Assembly: GCA_965283725.1 (NCBI GenBank)
Contig: CBDIPT010000009.1
Coordinates: 96,938-160,937 of the forward strand
DNA from: Limisphaerales bacterium
Lineage (GTDB): Bacteria; Verrucomicrobiota; Verrucomicrobiia; Limisphaerales; JAEYXS01
Length of the DNA: 64,000 nucleotides
Direction of reading: 5' to 3'
Position numbers and translations under genes: made by a program. The notes beneath the pieces were generated by a model, which saw only the letters and a list, made by a program, of their open reading frames with translations, did not search any database and had not been told where the DNA came from. Shown here in pieces: positions 56,737 through 64,000 of this stretch (its first letter is position 1; every line of letters starts with the position of its first letter).

Positions 56737-57183
56737 ATGCAAACTCAAGGCAACCTCGATCTCATCCTCAGCCACAAAAACCATGCCCTCTGGAGTATCT
56801 CGCCTGGTGCCACGGTGTTCGATGCCATCCAGATGATGGCCGATCACAACATCGGCTCCGTGCTCGTGATGCGAGAAGGCAAATTGCTCGGTGTCCTCTC
56901 TGAGCGCGATTACACCCGCAAGGTCATCCTGAAAGGCCGGCAGTCCCGCCAAACGATGGTCAACGAGATCATGAGTTCACCCGTGGTCACCGCTTCACTG
57001 GATTGTTCCATCGAGGACGCCTTGCGTCTGATGAGCGAGAAACGCATCCGCCATCTCCCGGTGCTGGAGCGCGGCCATGTTGTCGGGGTTGTTTCCGTGG
57101 GTGACTTGATTAAATGGGTCATCGCGGCCCAAGACGCCACCATCAGCCAGTTGGAGAGCTATATCACCGGCAGCTACGCATGA
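56737..57183 (+). CDS. CBS-pair domain protein
   Basis: Two CBS motifs: 'IGSVLVMREGKLLGVLSERD' and 'IRHLPVLERGHVVGVVSVGD'. Confidence 0.85.
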   Translation: MQTQGNLDLILSHKNHALWSISPGATVFDAIQMMADHNIGSVLVMREGKLLGVLSERDYTRKVILKGRQSRQTMVNEIMSSPVVTASLDCSIEDALRLMSEKRIRHLPVLERGHVVGVVSVGDLIKWVIAAQDATISQLESYITGSYA

Positions 57184-57240
57184 TAATCTTTTCCAAATCC
57201 TTGTAACAAATGCTCGCTCCCGATGTCTTGCTTGTGAAGT

Positions 57241-59988
57241 ATGGACATCGAAGCGATGGATGAATTGGGACAGGATGCCGCCGCCGTGGCCGCCGTACGG
57301 AACGGTGATGCCGAGCGTTACCGGGAGTTGGTCGAGCGCCACGAACACCGCGTGTTCGCTGTGGCGTGGAGTCGGTTAGGAGATGCCGAACTTGCCGAAG
57401 AAGCCACCCAAGAAGCCTTTATCAAAGGTTATCACCGCCTCTGGTTACTTGCTGATGGGGCTAAATTCGCCGGTTGGATCGCTTCCATCGCCCGCAATGC
57501 CGCCATCAATCTGGGGATGCGCCATCGGCGGGAACTGCAGAAGCGCGAACGCTGGGCCTTGGAGCAACCAGCCAGTTCTGCTGCCACCGAGCATGAGGCG
57601 GAAGACGTTTGCTCCCCGGAGATACTTCGTGAAACTTTGCTGAGCCTGCCCGCTGCCCACCGGGAATGCCTTGTGCTGTTTTATCTGGAAGGAAAAAGTG
57701 GTGAGGAAGCCGCGTTTGCCTTGAGTGTTTCGGAATCTGCCTTTCGTGTGCGCCTCCATCGGGCCAAAGCCGTTTTACGCGAGCAATTAGAAGAAAAGCT
57801 CGCCGGCTCCTTGGAGAAGCTGCGGCCATCTAAATCTTTGGTACCCGTCATCATGGCCACTGTGTTGGCTTCGTCCTCAGCGCAGGCCGCTACCACGGGT
57901 GGCACCATTGGTGTGGGCTTTGGGACAAAGCTGATCACAACCTTGGGCAAATCGACTTTGTTTGCCTGGTTGCTGCCTTTCATCGGCCTTGTGGGTGTTC
58001 TGCCAGGCATGTTGTTTACCTGGTGGTGGAGTCGGTTGGAACGTCAAAACTACCGCGAGCAGGATGGCTTTCGTCCGCGAATGCATGAGCGGCTGTTCCG
58101 CAGTTTTTTCTGGGGCTTCCCTTTGGTGATGGTTTCCATCTGGATGTTGGTGAACGCGGGTGGTGCAGCTTGGGGCGTTTTGACAGTGATGGGCGTTTTC
58201 ACTTGCTTGATGCTGCCACAATTATTTTTCAGCTTCCGGTTGCTAGCGATCAATCGGAGTAACTATTTCATCCTGAATTTAGTCTGTTTCACGCTGATAT
58301 TCTTGTTGCTGGTGAGCGTTTCTTTGGGGTTCTTGCCGCCCACGTTCTTATGCTTATTCACTGGTGCTTATACCTTTGCCATTTTAGGTCGAAAAGATCG
58401 CCCCAACCGGATCGACTACAATCTGTTCCTCCGTGCCGTTCAAAAGATGTTGCCTTCAACTTCTATTCCTGTGCCTCGGGCAATTCCTCCGCTGTCTCGC
58501 AATGAACTGTCAGCCTTTGCCCGCTTCATGGGGGAGCAGTGGTTGGTTTGTGACTTTCGTTGGGAATCACAAGGCTTGGTTTTATATCTTCCACCCGTCA
58601 GCAGTTCATTTCTTAAGAATATTCGACACAGCTTCCTGCCCTTGCACCGGAACGGATCTTCCCTATGTCTTCATTGGGATGGCTCCGTCAACGCGCGCTG
58701 TGGTGAGAAGGATTTTATCACTTTGCACTCCATGGAGGTGGGCCAGTGCTGCTCCATCGCAGATCTCGAAGAGCAAGTCGGGATCGCGGTGGAGCAGGCC
58801 TGGCGTGAATATCGGCAAGGCCACGCCGCCGCTTCGCAACGTTTGCTGGGCGAGGTCTCTGATGATTCCGTGTTTCTTGTTCCACCAGCCCGGTCCAAAG
58901 CCGTCCGTTGGCAGCGGTTTGCTCTTGGGCTAACGCTTATCCCATTGGCAGCTTTGCTGCTGGTGATGATGGTGAGGCCACAGTGGCTTTCGGATTTGAA
59001 GCCGGTTGAGGTGTCTGAAGCCCAGGTTCGCGCCGCTCTGGTGCGGTTTGGACAGCCAGGAGAGAAGCGACCGGTCACCGATGTTGCCACGCATTCATTG
59101 ATGAATTGCTTCGTCCTCCCCGCCCAAGCTGACTTCGATGAAACCATTTTTTTCGCTTTGCGAAATCAACTTCTGAAAAGTTCCCAGTTTGATCCGAACG
59201 GGACCTCTGAGGCCAACGTGAACCACTTAGAACACGATTGGTTGCTGAAACGAGCCGTGGTCGTCGGATGGCTGACGCTAAGTGATCTGAAAGTGACCTC
59301 CGCTGCTATGAAGAGTTATTTGAGCGATCCGAAGCAGCCCGCTCACAAATTCATGCTCTCCCAACGGAATGTCCGGACGGATGCCGGTGATCATACCGTG
59401 GAACAGTTAGACAGCCAGCAGTTGGCGCAATTACGCGTTTGGCAGCAGTTGGATTGCTTGAGTTTTCTGGATCGAGAAAAATTGATCCGGCAGGTGGCCT
59501 CCTGGCAAGTAAGCAATGGGCAAGCCTACGGAGATCGCCCGCCTTTACCTGACTGGCGACAGGCGCGCGGTCTGTTTGCCACTTCGGGTTGGCCTGCCAT
59601 CCAAGATACCTATTTTGCAATAGCCGGTTTGGAGATCCTCGGCGGGTTGGATAAAATCGATCGCGAAGCCTGTATTCAGGGCATCCTAAGACTGCATCAT
59701 GGTGAAGGGTTCTTTGCTGCCACCCGGGTCAATGAAAGATGGAAAATTCAGGTGCGAGGTGATGCCAAAGATACATTTTGCGCCTTCGAGATACTTCGCA
59801 TGCTCGGTGCGTTGGATCGGGTCAAAGACCTTGAAAAATGGCAATTCCGCGTGAAGTCGAATCGCAAAACAGAGCAGGTTACTGGGGATGAAATCGAGGC
59901 TTGGGTATGCCAGCAACGGCTTGCCCGGGTCGTGAAAGAACGGAAAATAAATCCCCAGGCACCAGTGCGGTCGTTGCTTGAACCCTGA
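57241..59988 (+). CDS. ECF sigma-70 factor fused to a polytopic membrane region and a large C-terminal domain with prenyltransferase/terpene-cyclase-like (alpha/alpha toroid) repeats
   Basis: Region 2 'YRELVERHEHRVFAVAWSRLGDAELAEEATQEAFIKGY'. Region 4 'LPAAHRECLVLFYLEGKSGEEAAFALSVSESAFRVRLHRAKAVL'. About 6 hydrophobic helices at aa 195-400 plus one near aa 565-583. C-terminal 'WQVSNGQAYG...DTYFAIAGLEILGGLDKIDREACIQGILRLHHGEGFF'. Confidence 0.75.
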   Translation: MDIEAMDELGQDAAAVAAVRNGDAERYRELVERHEHRVFAVAWSRLGDAELAEEATQEAFIKGYHRLWLLADGAKFAGWIASIARNAAINLGMRHRRELQKRERWALEQPASSAATEHEAEDVCSPEILRETLLSLPAAHRECLVLFYLEGKSGEEAAFALSVSESAFRVRLHRAKAVLREQLEEKLAGSLEKLRPSKSLVPVIMATVLASSSAQAATTGGTIGVGFGTKLITTLGKSTLFAWLLPFIGLVGVLPGMLFTWWWSRLERQNYREQDGFRPRMHERLFRSFFWGFPLVMVSIWMLVNAGGAAWGVLTVMGVFTCLMLPQLFFSFRLLAINRSNYFILNLVCFTLIFLLLVSVSLGFLPPTFLCLFTGAYTFAILGRKDRPNRIDYNLFLRAVQKMLPSTSIPVPRAIPPLSRNELSAFARFMGEQWLVCDFRWESQGLVLYLPPVSSSFLKNIRHSFLPLHRNGSSLCLHWDGSVNARCGEKDFITLHSMEVGQCCSIADLEEQVGIAVEQAWREYRQGHAAASQRLLGEVSDDSVFLVPPARSKAVRWQRFALGLTLIPLAALLLVMMVRPQWLSDLKPVEVSEAQVRAALVRFGQPGEKRPVTDVATHSLMNCFVLPAQADFDETIFFALRNQLLKSSQFDPNGTSEANVNHLEHDWLLKRAVVVGWLTLSDLKVTSAAMKSYLSDPKQPAHKFMLSQRNVRTDAGDHTVEQLDSQQLAQLRVWQQLDCLSFLDREKLIRQVASWQVSNGQAYGDRPPLPDWRQARGLFATSGWPAIQDTYFAIAGLEILGGLDKIDREACIQGILRLHHGEGFFAATRVNERWKIQVRGDAKDTFCAFEILRMLGALDRVKDLEKWQFRVKSNRKTEQVTGDEIEAWVCQQRLARVVKERKINPQAPVRSLLEP

Positions 59989-60062
59989 TGCTTGCGCGGG
60001 CTTTCCGCTCGCCAAACCGGAACACCTCTCATACTTTGGCGGCGTTCTCAGCAACGTCGCGC

Positions 60063-61379
60063 ATGAATCTTTCGCAGTATCCCCGGAACGTACGGCTCTT
60101 TGTGCTGTTCCGGATGCTTTTCAACGCGCGCTTCTACTATCCCGTTTTCGCCGTGATGTTCCTTGATTACGGCCTGTCCATGAGCGAGTTCGCGTTGCTG
60201 AACGTCGCCTGGGCGCTCGCCATCGTCGGTCTGGAAGTTCCCTCCGGCGCGTTGGCGGATCGTTATGGCCGCAGCCTTATGGTGAAGCTCGCCTGTGCCC
60301 TTATGGTGCTGGAGATGGCCCTCATCGCATTTGTTCCGGCGGGCAACCATGCGCTGGTGCTAGGCGCGTTTTTGCTGAACCGCGTTTTAAGCGGTGCCGC
60401 GGAAGCCTTGGCCAGTGGAGCGGACGAGGCGCTTGCGTATGATTCGTTGATGGAAGTGGGACGGCAAGCCGAGTGGCCGCGCATCCTGGAAGTCATGATG
60501 CGCTGGCAGGCGCTGGCCTTTACGGTGGCGATGCTTATCGGTGCCGCGGTGTTTGATCCCATCTTCATCCAATCCATCGGCGGCATGTTCGGCTTCGACT
60601 GGCAGGTGGCCAAATCCCTCGCCATGCGTCTGCCGGTCATCCTCACCTTGGGTTCAGCGCTCATCATTTTCTTCGCTTGCCTCAATCTGCGCGAAGCCAA
60701 GCTCGTCACGCATCAAGACACCGCCGAAGCCAGCGGCACGATGGACATGATGCGGCAGGCGGGCGGTTGGATTTTGCGCTCGCCCGCCGTGGTGAGCTTG
60801 CTGATCGTCGGCCTGTTGCATGACAGCTTTACCCGCGTTTATCTGACGGTCGGCTCGGAGTATTATCGCCTGATCAAACTGCCAGAGTTCTCTTTCGGCA
60901 TCATCGGTTCCGTGTTCGCAGCGATGGGCTTTGGTCTGCCCATTCTTTCCCGCTGGCTGGCGGAAAACCGGCGGCAAGGATTCAACTTCACCGTGGTCGC
61001 CATCCTGAACGCCATCGGCTTGATCGGTTTGGGCTTTGCCTTTCCTTACTTTGGCTTGCTGTTTCCGTTCTTGATGCGGATCGGCATGGGGTTCATGAAT
61101 TTCTTTTCGTCCCATTATCTGAATCAGTTGGTGGATTCGCGTCATCGCGCCACGGTGCTGAGCTTCCGCGGGCTGACCTTCAATCTAGGCTACGGTCTGA
61201 TGCTGCTGGTCTATGCGGGCATCTATAAATTTCACGGGCACAACCTGCCAGGGCAGCCGGATCTCGCTTTTCAGCGCACACTTGGAACGTTGCCAGTCCT
61301 GTTCCTGCTGGGTGGAGTGGGTGTTTGGATCTTGGTGCGCAAGTTCGGCGGCAAAGTTGCAACGGCTGTGCAAGATTGA
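60063..61379 (+). CDS. MFS transporter
   Basis: Polytopic protein. 'EVPSGALADRYGR' is the MFS loop 2-3 motif. The start is an internal ATG at 60063. Confidence 0.8.
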   Translation: MNLSQYPRNVRLFVLFRMLFNARFYYPVFAVMFLDYGLSMSEFALLNVAWALAIVGLEVPSGALADRYGRSLMVKLACALMVLEMALIAFVPAGNHALVLGAFLLNRVLSGAAEALASGADEALAYDSLMEVGRQAEWPRILEVMMRWQALAFTVAMLIGAAVFDPIFIQSIGGMFGFDWQVAKSLAMRLPVILTLGSALIIFFACLNLREAKLVTHQDTAEASGTMDMMRQAGGWILRSPAVVSLLIVGLLHDSFTRVYLTVGSEYYRLIKLPEFSFGIIGSVFAAMGFGLPILSRWLAENRRQGFNFTVVAILNAIGLIGLGFAFPYFGLLFPFLMRIGMGFMNFFSSHYLNQLVDSRHRATVLSFRGLTFNLGYGLMLLVYAGIYKFHGHNLPGQPDLAFQRTLGTLPVLFLLGGVGVWILVRKFGGKVATAVQD

Positions 61380-61423
61380 ATTGGCAAGCGCGTGGATTCA
61401 TCCTAATCTGCGTCTGCTAGGAG

Positions 61424-62266
61424 GTGTGCGTGAGATGGCATCTTTGTTGTTGGCATAAAAATCCGATTTCTGACGGCTTGAAATGTCGGCGAGGCCTTTC
61501 GCATCGTCGTGCCTTCACCTTGGTGGAGATGCTCGTGGTCATTGCTGTGATCGGCATTTTGGTGAGCATGCTCCTGCCTGCATTGGGGCGCGCCAAGCAG
61601 AAGGCGCGGAATGTGAAGTGCATCAGCAACCTGCGGCAACTGCACCTGGCGTTCAATGCCTACGCCAATGATCATGCAGACCAATTGCCGCCGTTGAACA
61701 GTGGCGGGACGTTCAAGAATCCCATCAAACCGCATGACTCCACGAATTGGTGGTATCGCATCCTTTCTGAGAATGGCGGTTACATCACCTCCGTGACGAA
61801 CAAGAATGGCGTTTGGCGTTGTCCCAATGTGGCGGCGGATGATCTGGATTCACCCTTCGGCGAGCAGATGGAAGGCTACGGCGTAGTGGAAAACCTCGAT
61901 CACGTTCCCGGCCTCGATTCACTCATCTGGTACGCTTTTGATCGTGAGGGAAAGCCTCGTGGCAGCTACCGTTTGAGTTCTATCCGGCGCCCGGCGCAGT
62001 TATGGCTCGTGGGGGATGTCGGTGTGCCCAAGAACAACATCGATGATCTCTCGCAGCATCCCTATGGCGGCTACTACCGTACGGATATCTCCACCTTTCC
62101 GCCCGATAACTTGGGCATTTGGGACAACAAACCCTCACCCAAACAGCCGGCGCTGCGCCATAATCTCCGCGCAAACATTTCCTACGTGGATGGCCACGTG
62201 GAAGGCAAAGAATACCTGCCGCTCTCGCGCAACGAAAACGACATCTTCGGCCTCAAGAGTAAGTGA
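61424..62266 (+). CDS. DUF1559 / H-X9-DG protein with prepilin-type N-terminal motif
   Basis: 'AFTLVEMLVVIAVIGILVSMLLPALGRAKQKA' and 'ISYVDGHVEG'. The start is uncertain (GTG 61424 or TTG 61478). Confidence 0.85.
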   Translation: MCVRWHLCCWHKNPISDGLKCRRGLSHRRAFTLVEMLVVIAVIGILVSMLLPALGRAKQKARNVKCISNLRQLHLAFNAYANDHADQLPPLNSGGTFKNPIKPHDSTNWWYRILSENGGYITSVTNKNGVWRCPNVAADDLDSPFGEQMEGYGVVENLDHVPGLDSLIWYAFDREGKPRGSYRLSSIRRPAQLWLVGDVGVPKNNIDDLSQHPYGGYYRTDISTFPPDNLGIWDNKPSPKQPALRHNLRANISYVDGHVEGKEYLPLSRNENDIFGLKSK

Positions 62267-62304
62267 TTTCAGACGTCAGTCCCGTTTCAATAAGGGCCAA
62301 ATGT

Positions 62305-62350
62305 TCTCCCTCTCCTCTAATGAGGAGAGGGCTGGGGTGAGGAGTGAGCG
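62305..62350. repeat. solo copy of the hairpin repeat seen at 47921-47968
   Basis: tctccctctcctctaatgaggagagggctggggtgaggagtgagcg is about 85% identical to the 47921 copy and in the same orientation. Confidence 0.7.
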
Positions 62351-62394
62351 AGCCGATCGTATAGAAATAAATCGGTCGCCTTCGAGATGGACCC

Positions 62395-63528
62395 TCACTT
62401 CTTCTTCAAAGAAGAAAGATACTCCACCAAGTCCACAAACTCCTGCGTCGTCATCGTCATCTGCAAGCCCGCGGGCATGACGGACGTCTTGAGCTGTTGA
62501 CGGCTTGTAATGTCCTTCTTGGCGAGTGGACGACTTAAGCCCGTGGCATCTTTCACGGTGAGCGTGTCATTCGTCTCGCTGACCACCAGACCATAGACTT
62601 CGTCACCGTTCTTCAATTTGATCTCCCACGCTTCGTAGCCGAAAGAGATGCCCGCGCTAGGTTCGAGGATGGCTTCGTAGATCGCATCCTTGCCCAGCTT
62701 CGTGCCGATCTCCGAAAGCGCCGGACCGAAGTCTTTGCCCTGACCATTCACGATGTGACACGTCGAGCAGGTGGAGAGCGGACGCATGAACACTGCTTCA
62801 CCGCGCTTCACATCGCCTTTCATTGTGAGTAACTGGCTGACCGGCGGCAAGGTCTGCGCGCCGCCACCCAGCGGCATCGGGAGCACTTCGCTCGCTTGCT
62901 TCTGCACATCTGGGAAACGCGAGGCGTTCAGTTCTGTGGTGGCGAGGAGCTTCACGTCCGTCGGCAATTTGTCATCCTTCGCCAGCTTGAGCACGGCCAG
63001 TGACGCCGCTTGCACTTTGGCCGCCCCCTTCACCGCTTGACGCCGCACCGCGAGATCACGCTTCGTATCCGAGATGAGCGGCAGCAAAAGTCCTTCCGTG
63101 TTGTTCCCACCCGTATTACCGATGGCTTCCGCCAAACTCGCAACACGGACATTATTTGTCTTGCCCAATTCACCCCGCACCAAGTCCAAACCATTATTCC
63201 CATACAACGCTCGCAAGGCTTCCACGCCTTCCTGTTCCGCCGGTTTGGCGATAGCCATCTCCAACAGGTCCGGATTCCGTTCCGTGAGTTTGAATTTGCT
63301 CACCAGGTTCACGAACTCGCTCGTGCCCTTCGTGCTGTCTAGCGCACGACCCAACGCCGCTTTCAACTCCGGTTGCTCATTCACCTTGTTCACCGGCAAC
63401 CGGCTCAAGGCTTCAAGAATGATGGCGCTTTGATTGGTATCGGCGGCTAAAAGGGAATTTGCGCTCAAAACGAGCGCTACCACTAGCGGGAAAAATGATT
63501 TCATACAGCTTTGCTTAGTTGTCTTCAT
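62395..63528 (-). CDS. secreted HEAT-like / PVC-type c-type heme-binding domain protein
   Basis: Signal peptide and C-terminal 'CSTCHIVNGQGKDFGPALSEIG'. The start is at 63528 or 63504. Confidence 0.7.
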   Translation of the reverse strand: MKTTKQSCMKSFFPLVVALVLSANSLLAADTNQSAIILEALSRLPVNKVNEQPELKAALGRALDSTKGTSEFVNLVSKFKLTERNPDLLEMAIAKPAEQEGVEALRALYGNNGLDLVRGELGKTNNVRVASLAEAIGNTGGNNTEGLLLPLISDTKRDLAVRRQAVKGAAKVQAASLAVLKLAKDDKLPTDVKLLATTELNASRFPDVQKQASEVLPMPLGGGAQTLPPVSQLLTMKGDVKRGEAVFMRPLSTCSTCHIVNGQGKDFGPALSEIGTKLGKDAIYEAILEPSAGISFGYEAWEIKLKNGDEVYGLVVSETNDTLTVKDATGLSRPLAKKDITSRQQLKTSVMPAGLQMTMTTQEFVDLVEYLSSLKKK

Positions 63529-63545
63529 CTGCGGTTAACCGCTCC

Positions 63546-64000
63546 TCACTTGATCGTCGTCAGCACTTGCACCAGCGCCTTTTCCTTTTCGGCTCCTTCA
63601 AAATAATCCATCGCCCGGAAGTAACGCGGCCATTCGTCTTTCTCGCTTTGGCGCGCGATGATGAGTTTCGCCAACAGAGCAGGGGTTTGGGCTGCACGTG
63701 AGCGCCAGATGATGTCGCGTCCAGCGGCGGTATTCCAATTGTCCCCCACCGCCGCGAGCCAAGCGCCGAGGAAGGCATCCCATTGCTGATCCGCGCTGAT
63801 GCCGAGGGCTTCCAGATACCAACGGTCCTTGCCGTCGTATTGTTGCGCGAGCTTTGTCCATAGGGCGGGCGCTTCACTGGCCTGGCTGTGCCGCAGAGCG
63901 ATCGCGCATTCACGACGCACCTGCGGATTCGTATCATTCACCAAAGTCTGCAACGCCGTAATCAGATCGAACGTCAATTCGTTGCTCAGGTTGGCGGCGA
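63546..64000 (-). CDS. HEAT-repeat protein, C-terminal part (5' end outside window)
   Basis: The frame is open to the window edge. HEAT repeat 'NPQVRRECAIALRH'. It sits immediately upstream of the heme-binding gene. Confidence 0.6.
   Translation of the reverse strand, partial: AANLSNELTFDLITALQTLVNDTNPQVRRECAIALRHSQASEAPALWTKLAQQYDGKDRWYLEALGISADQQWDAFLGAWLAAVGDNWNTAAGRDIIWRSRAAQTPALLAKLIIARQSEKDEWPRYFRAMDYFEGAEKEKALVQVLTTIK

Noticed and set aside
1-64000. Search for CRISPR arrays, IS elements or transposases, integrases, prophage genes and toxin-antitoxin or defence-type nuclease/ATPase modules.
   Set aside because: I recognised no regularly spaced direct repeats and no such protein signatures in any frame. 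The accessory content here is glycan biosynthesis, not mobile or defence DNA.

Overview
High-GC bacterial chromosome segment with PVC-superphylum hallmarks: three DUF1559/H-X9-DG pseudopilin-like proteins, a PEP-CTERM protein, and PVC-type CxxCH heme-binding/HEAT proteins. This is most consistent with Verrucomicrobiota (inference from protein families only). About 60 genes are present. I recognised no rRNA, tRNA, CRISPR array, transposase, integrase or phage gene. Region 1-22.9 kb holds mixed housekeeping and envelope genes: a very large sensor kinase whose membrane module aligns to the plant ethylene-binding domain, plus a coupled receiver; fabI, rbsK, glcD and a NUDIX hydrolase; and a MacB/LolCDE-like ABC operon with a His-rich lipoprotein and a DUF3299 protein. 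Region 23-47.7 kb is a roughly 25 kb surface-glycan locus. Its first part is a tailoring half (GT2/GT4, SAM methyltransferases including a sugar C-methyltransferase and a CmcI-like enzyme, an RmlD-like reductase, two paralogous GT-A-like genes flanking a PhyH dioxygenase, and an MBOAT with an AlgJ-like partner). Its second part is a 14-gene, tightly overlapping minus-strand operon containing PseI-type nonulosonate synthase, two SpsF-type cytidylyltransferases, DegT aminotransferase, a Gfo/Idh/MocA oxidoreductase, a GNAT, a HisH/HisF/WbpG-like amidotransferase trio, a Pse-associated methylase, two uncharacterised HP-motif GT-B-like proteins, GT9 and GT4. Region 47.7-64 kb has repeat-rich intergenic DNA, HEAT and lipoprotein genes, SGNH hydrolases, PVC-type heme-binding proteins, a CBS protein, a 915-aa ECF sigma factor fused to a polytopic membrane region and an alpha/alpha-toroid-like domain, and an MFS transporter. 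At least seven otherwise intact genes are broken by nine single-nucleotide indels, mostly at homopolymer runs. This looks like an assembly or sequencing artefact rather than decay. Most long ORFs antisense to these genes are high-GC shadow ORFs.
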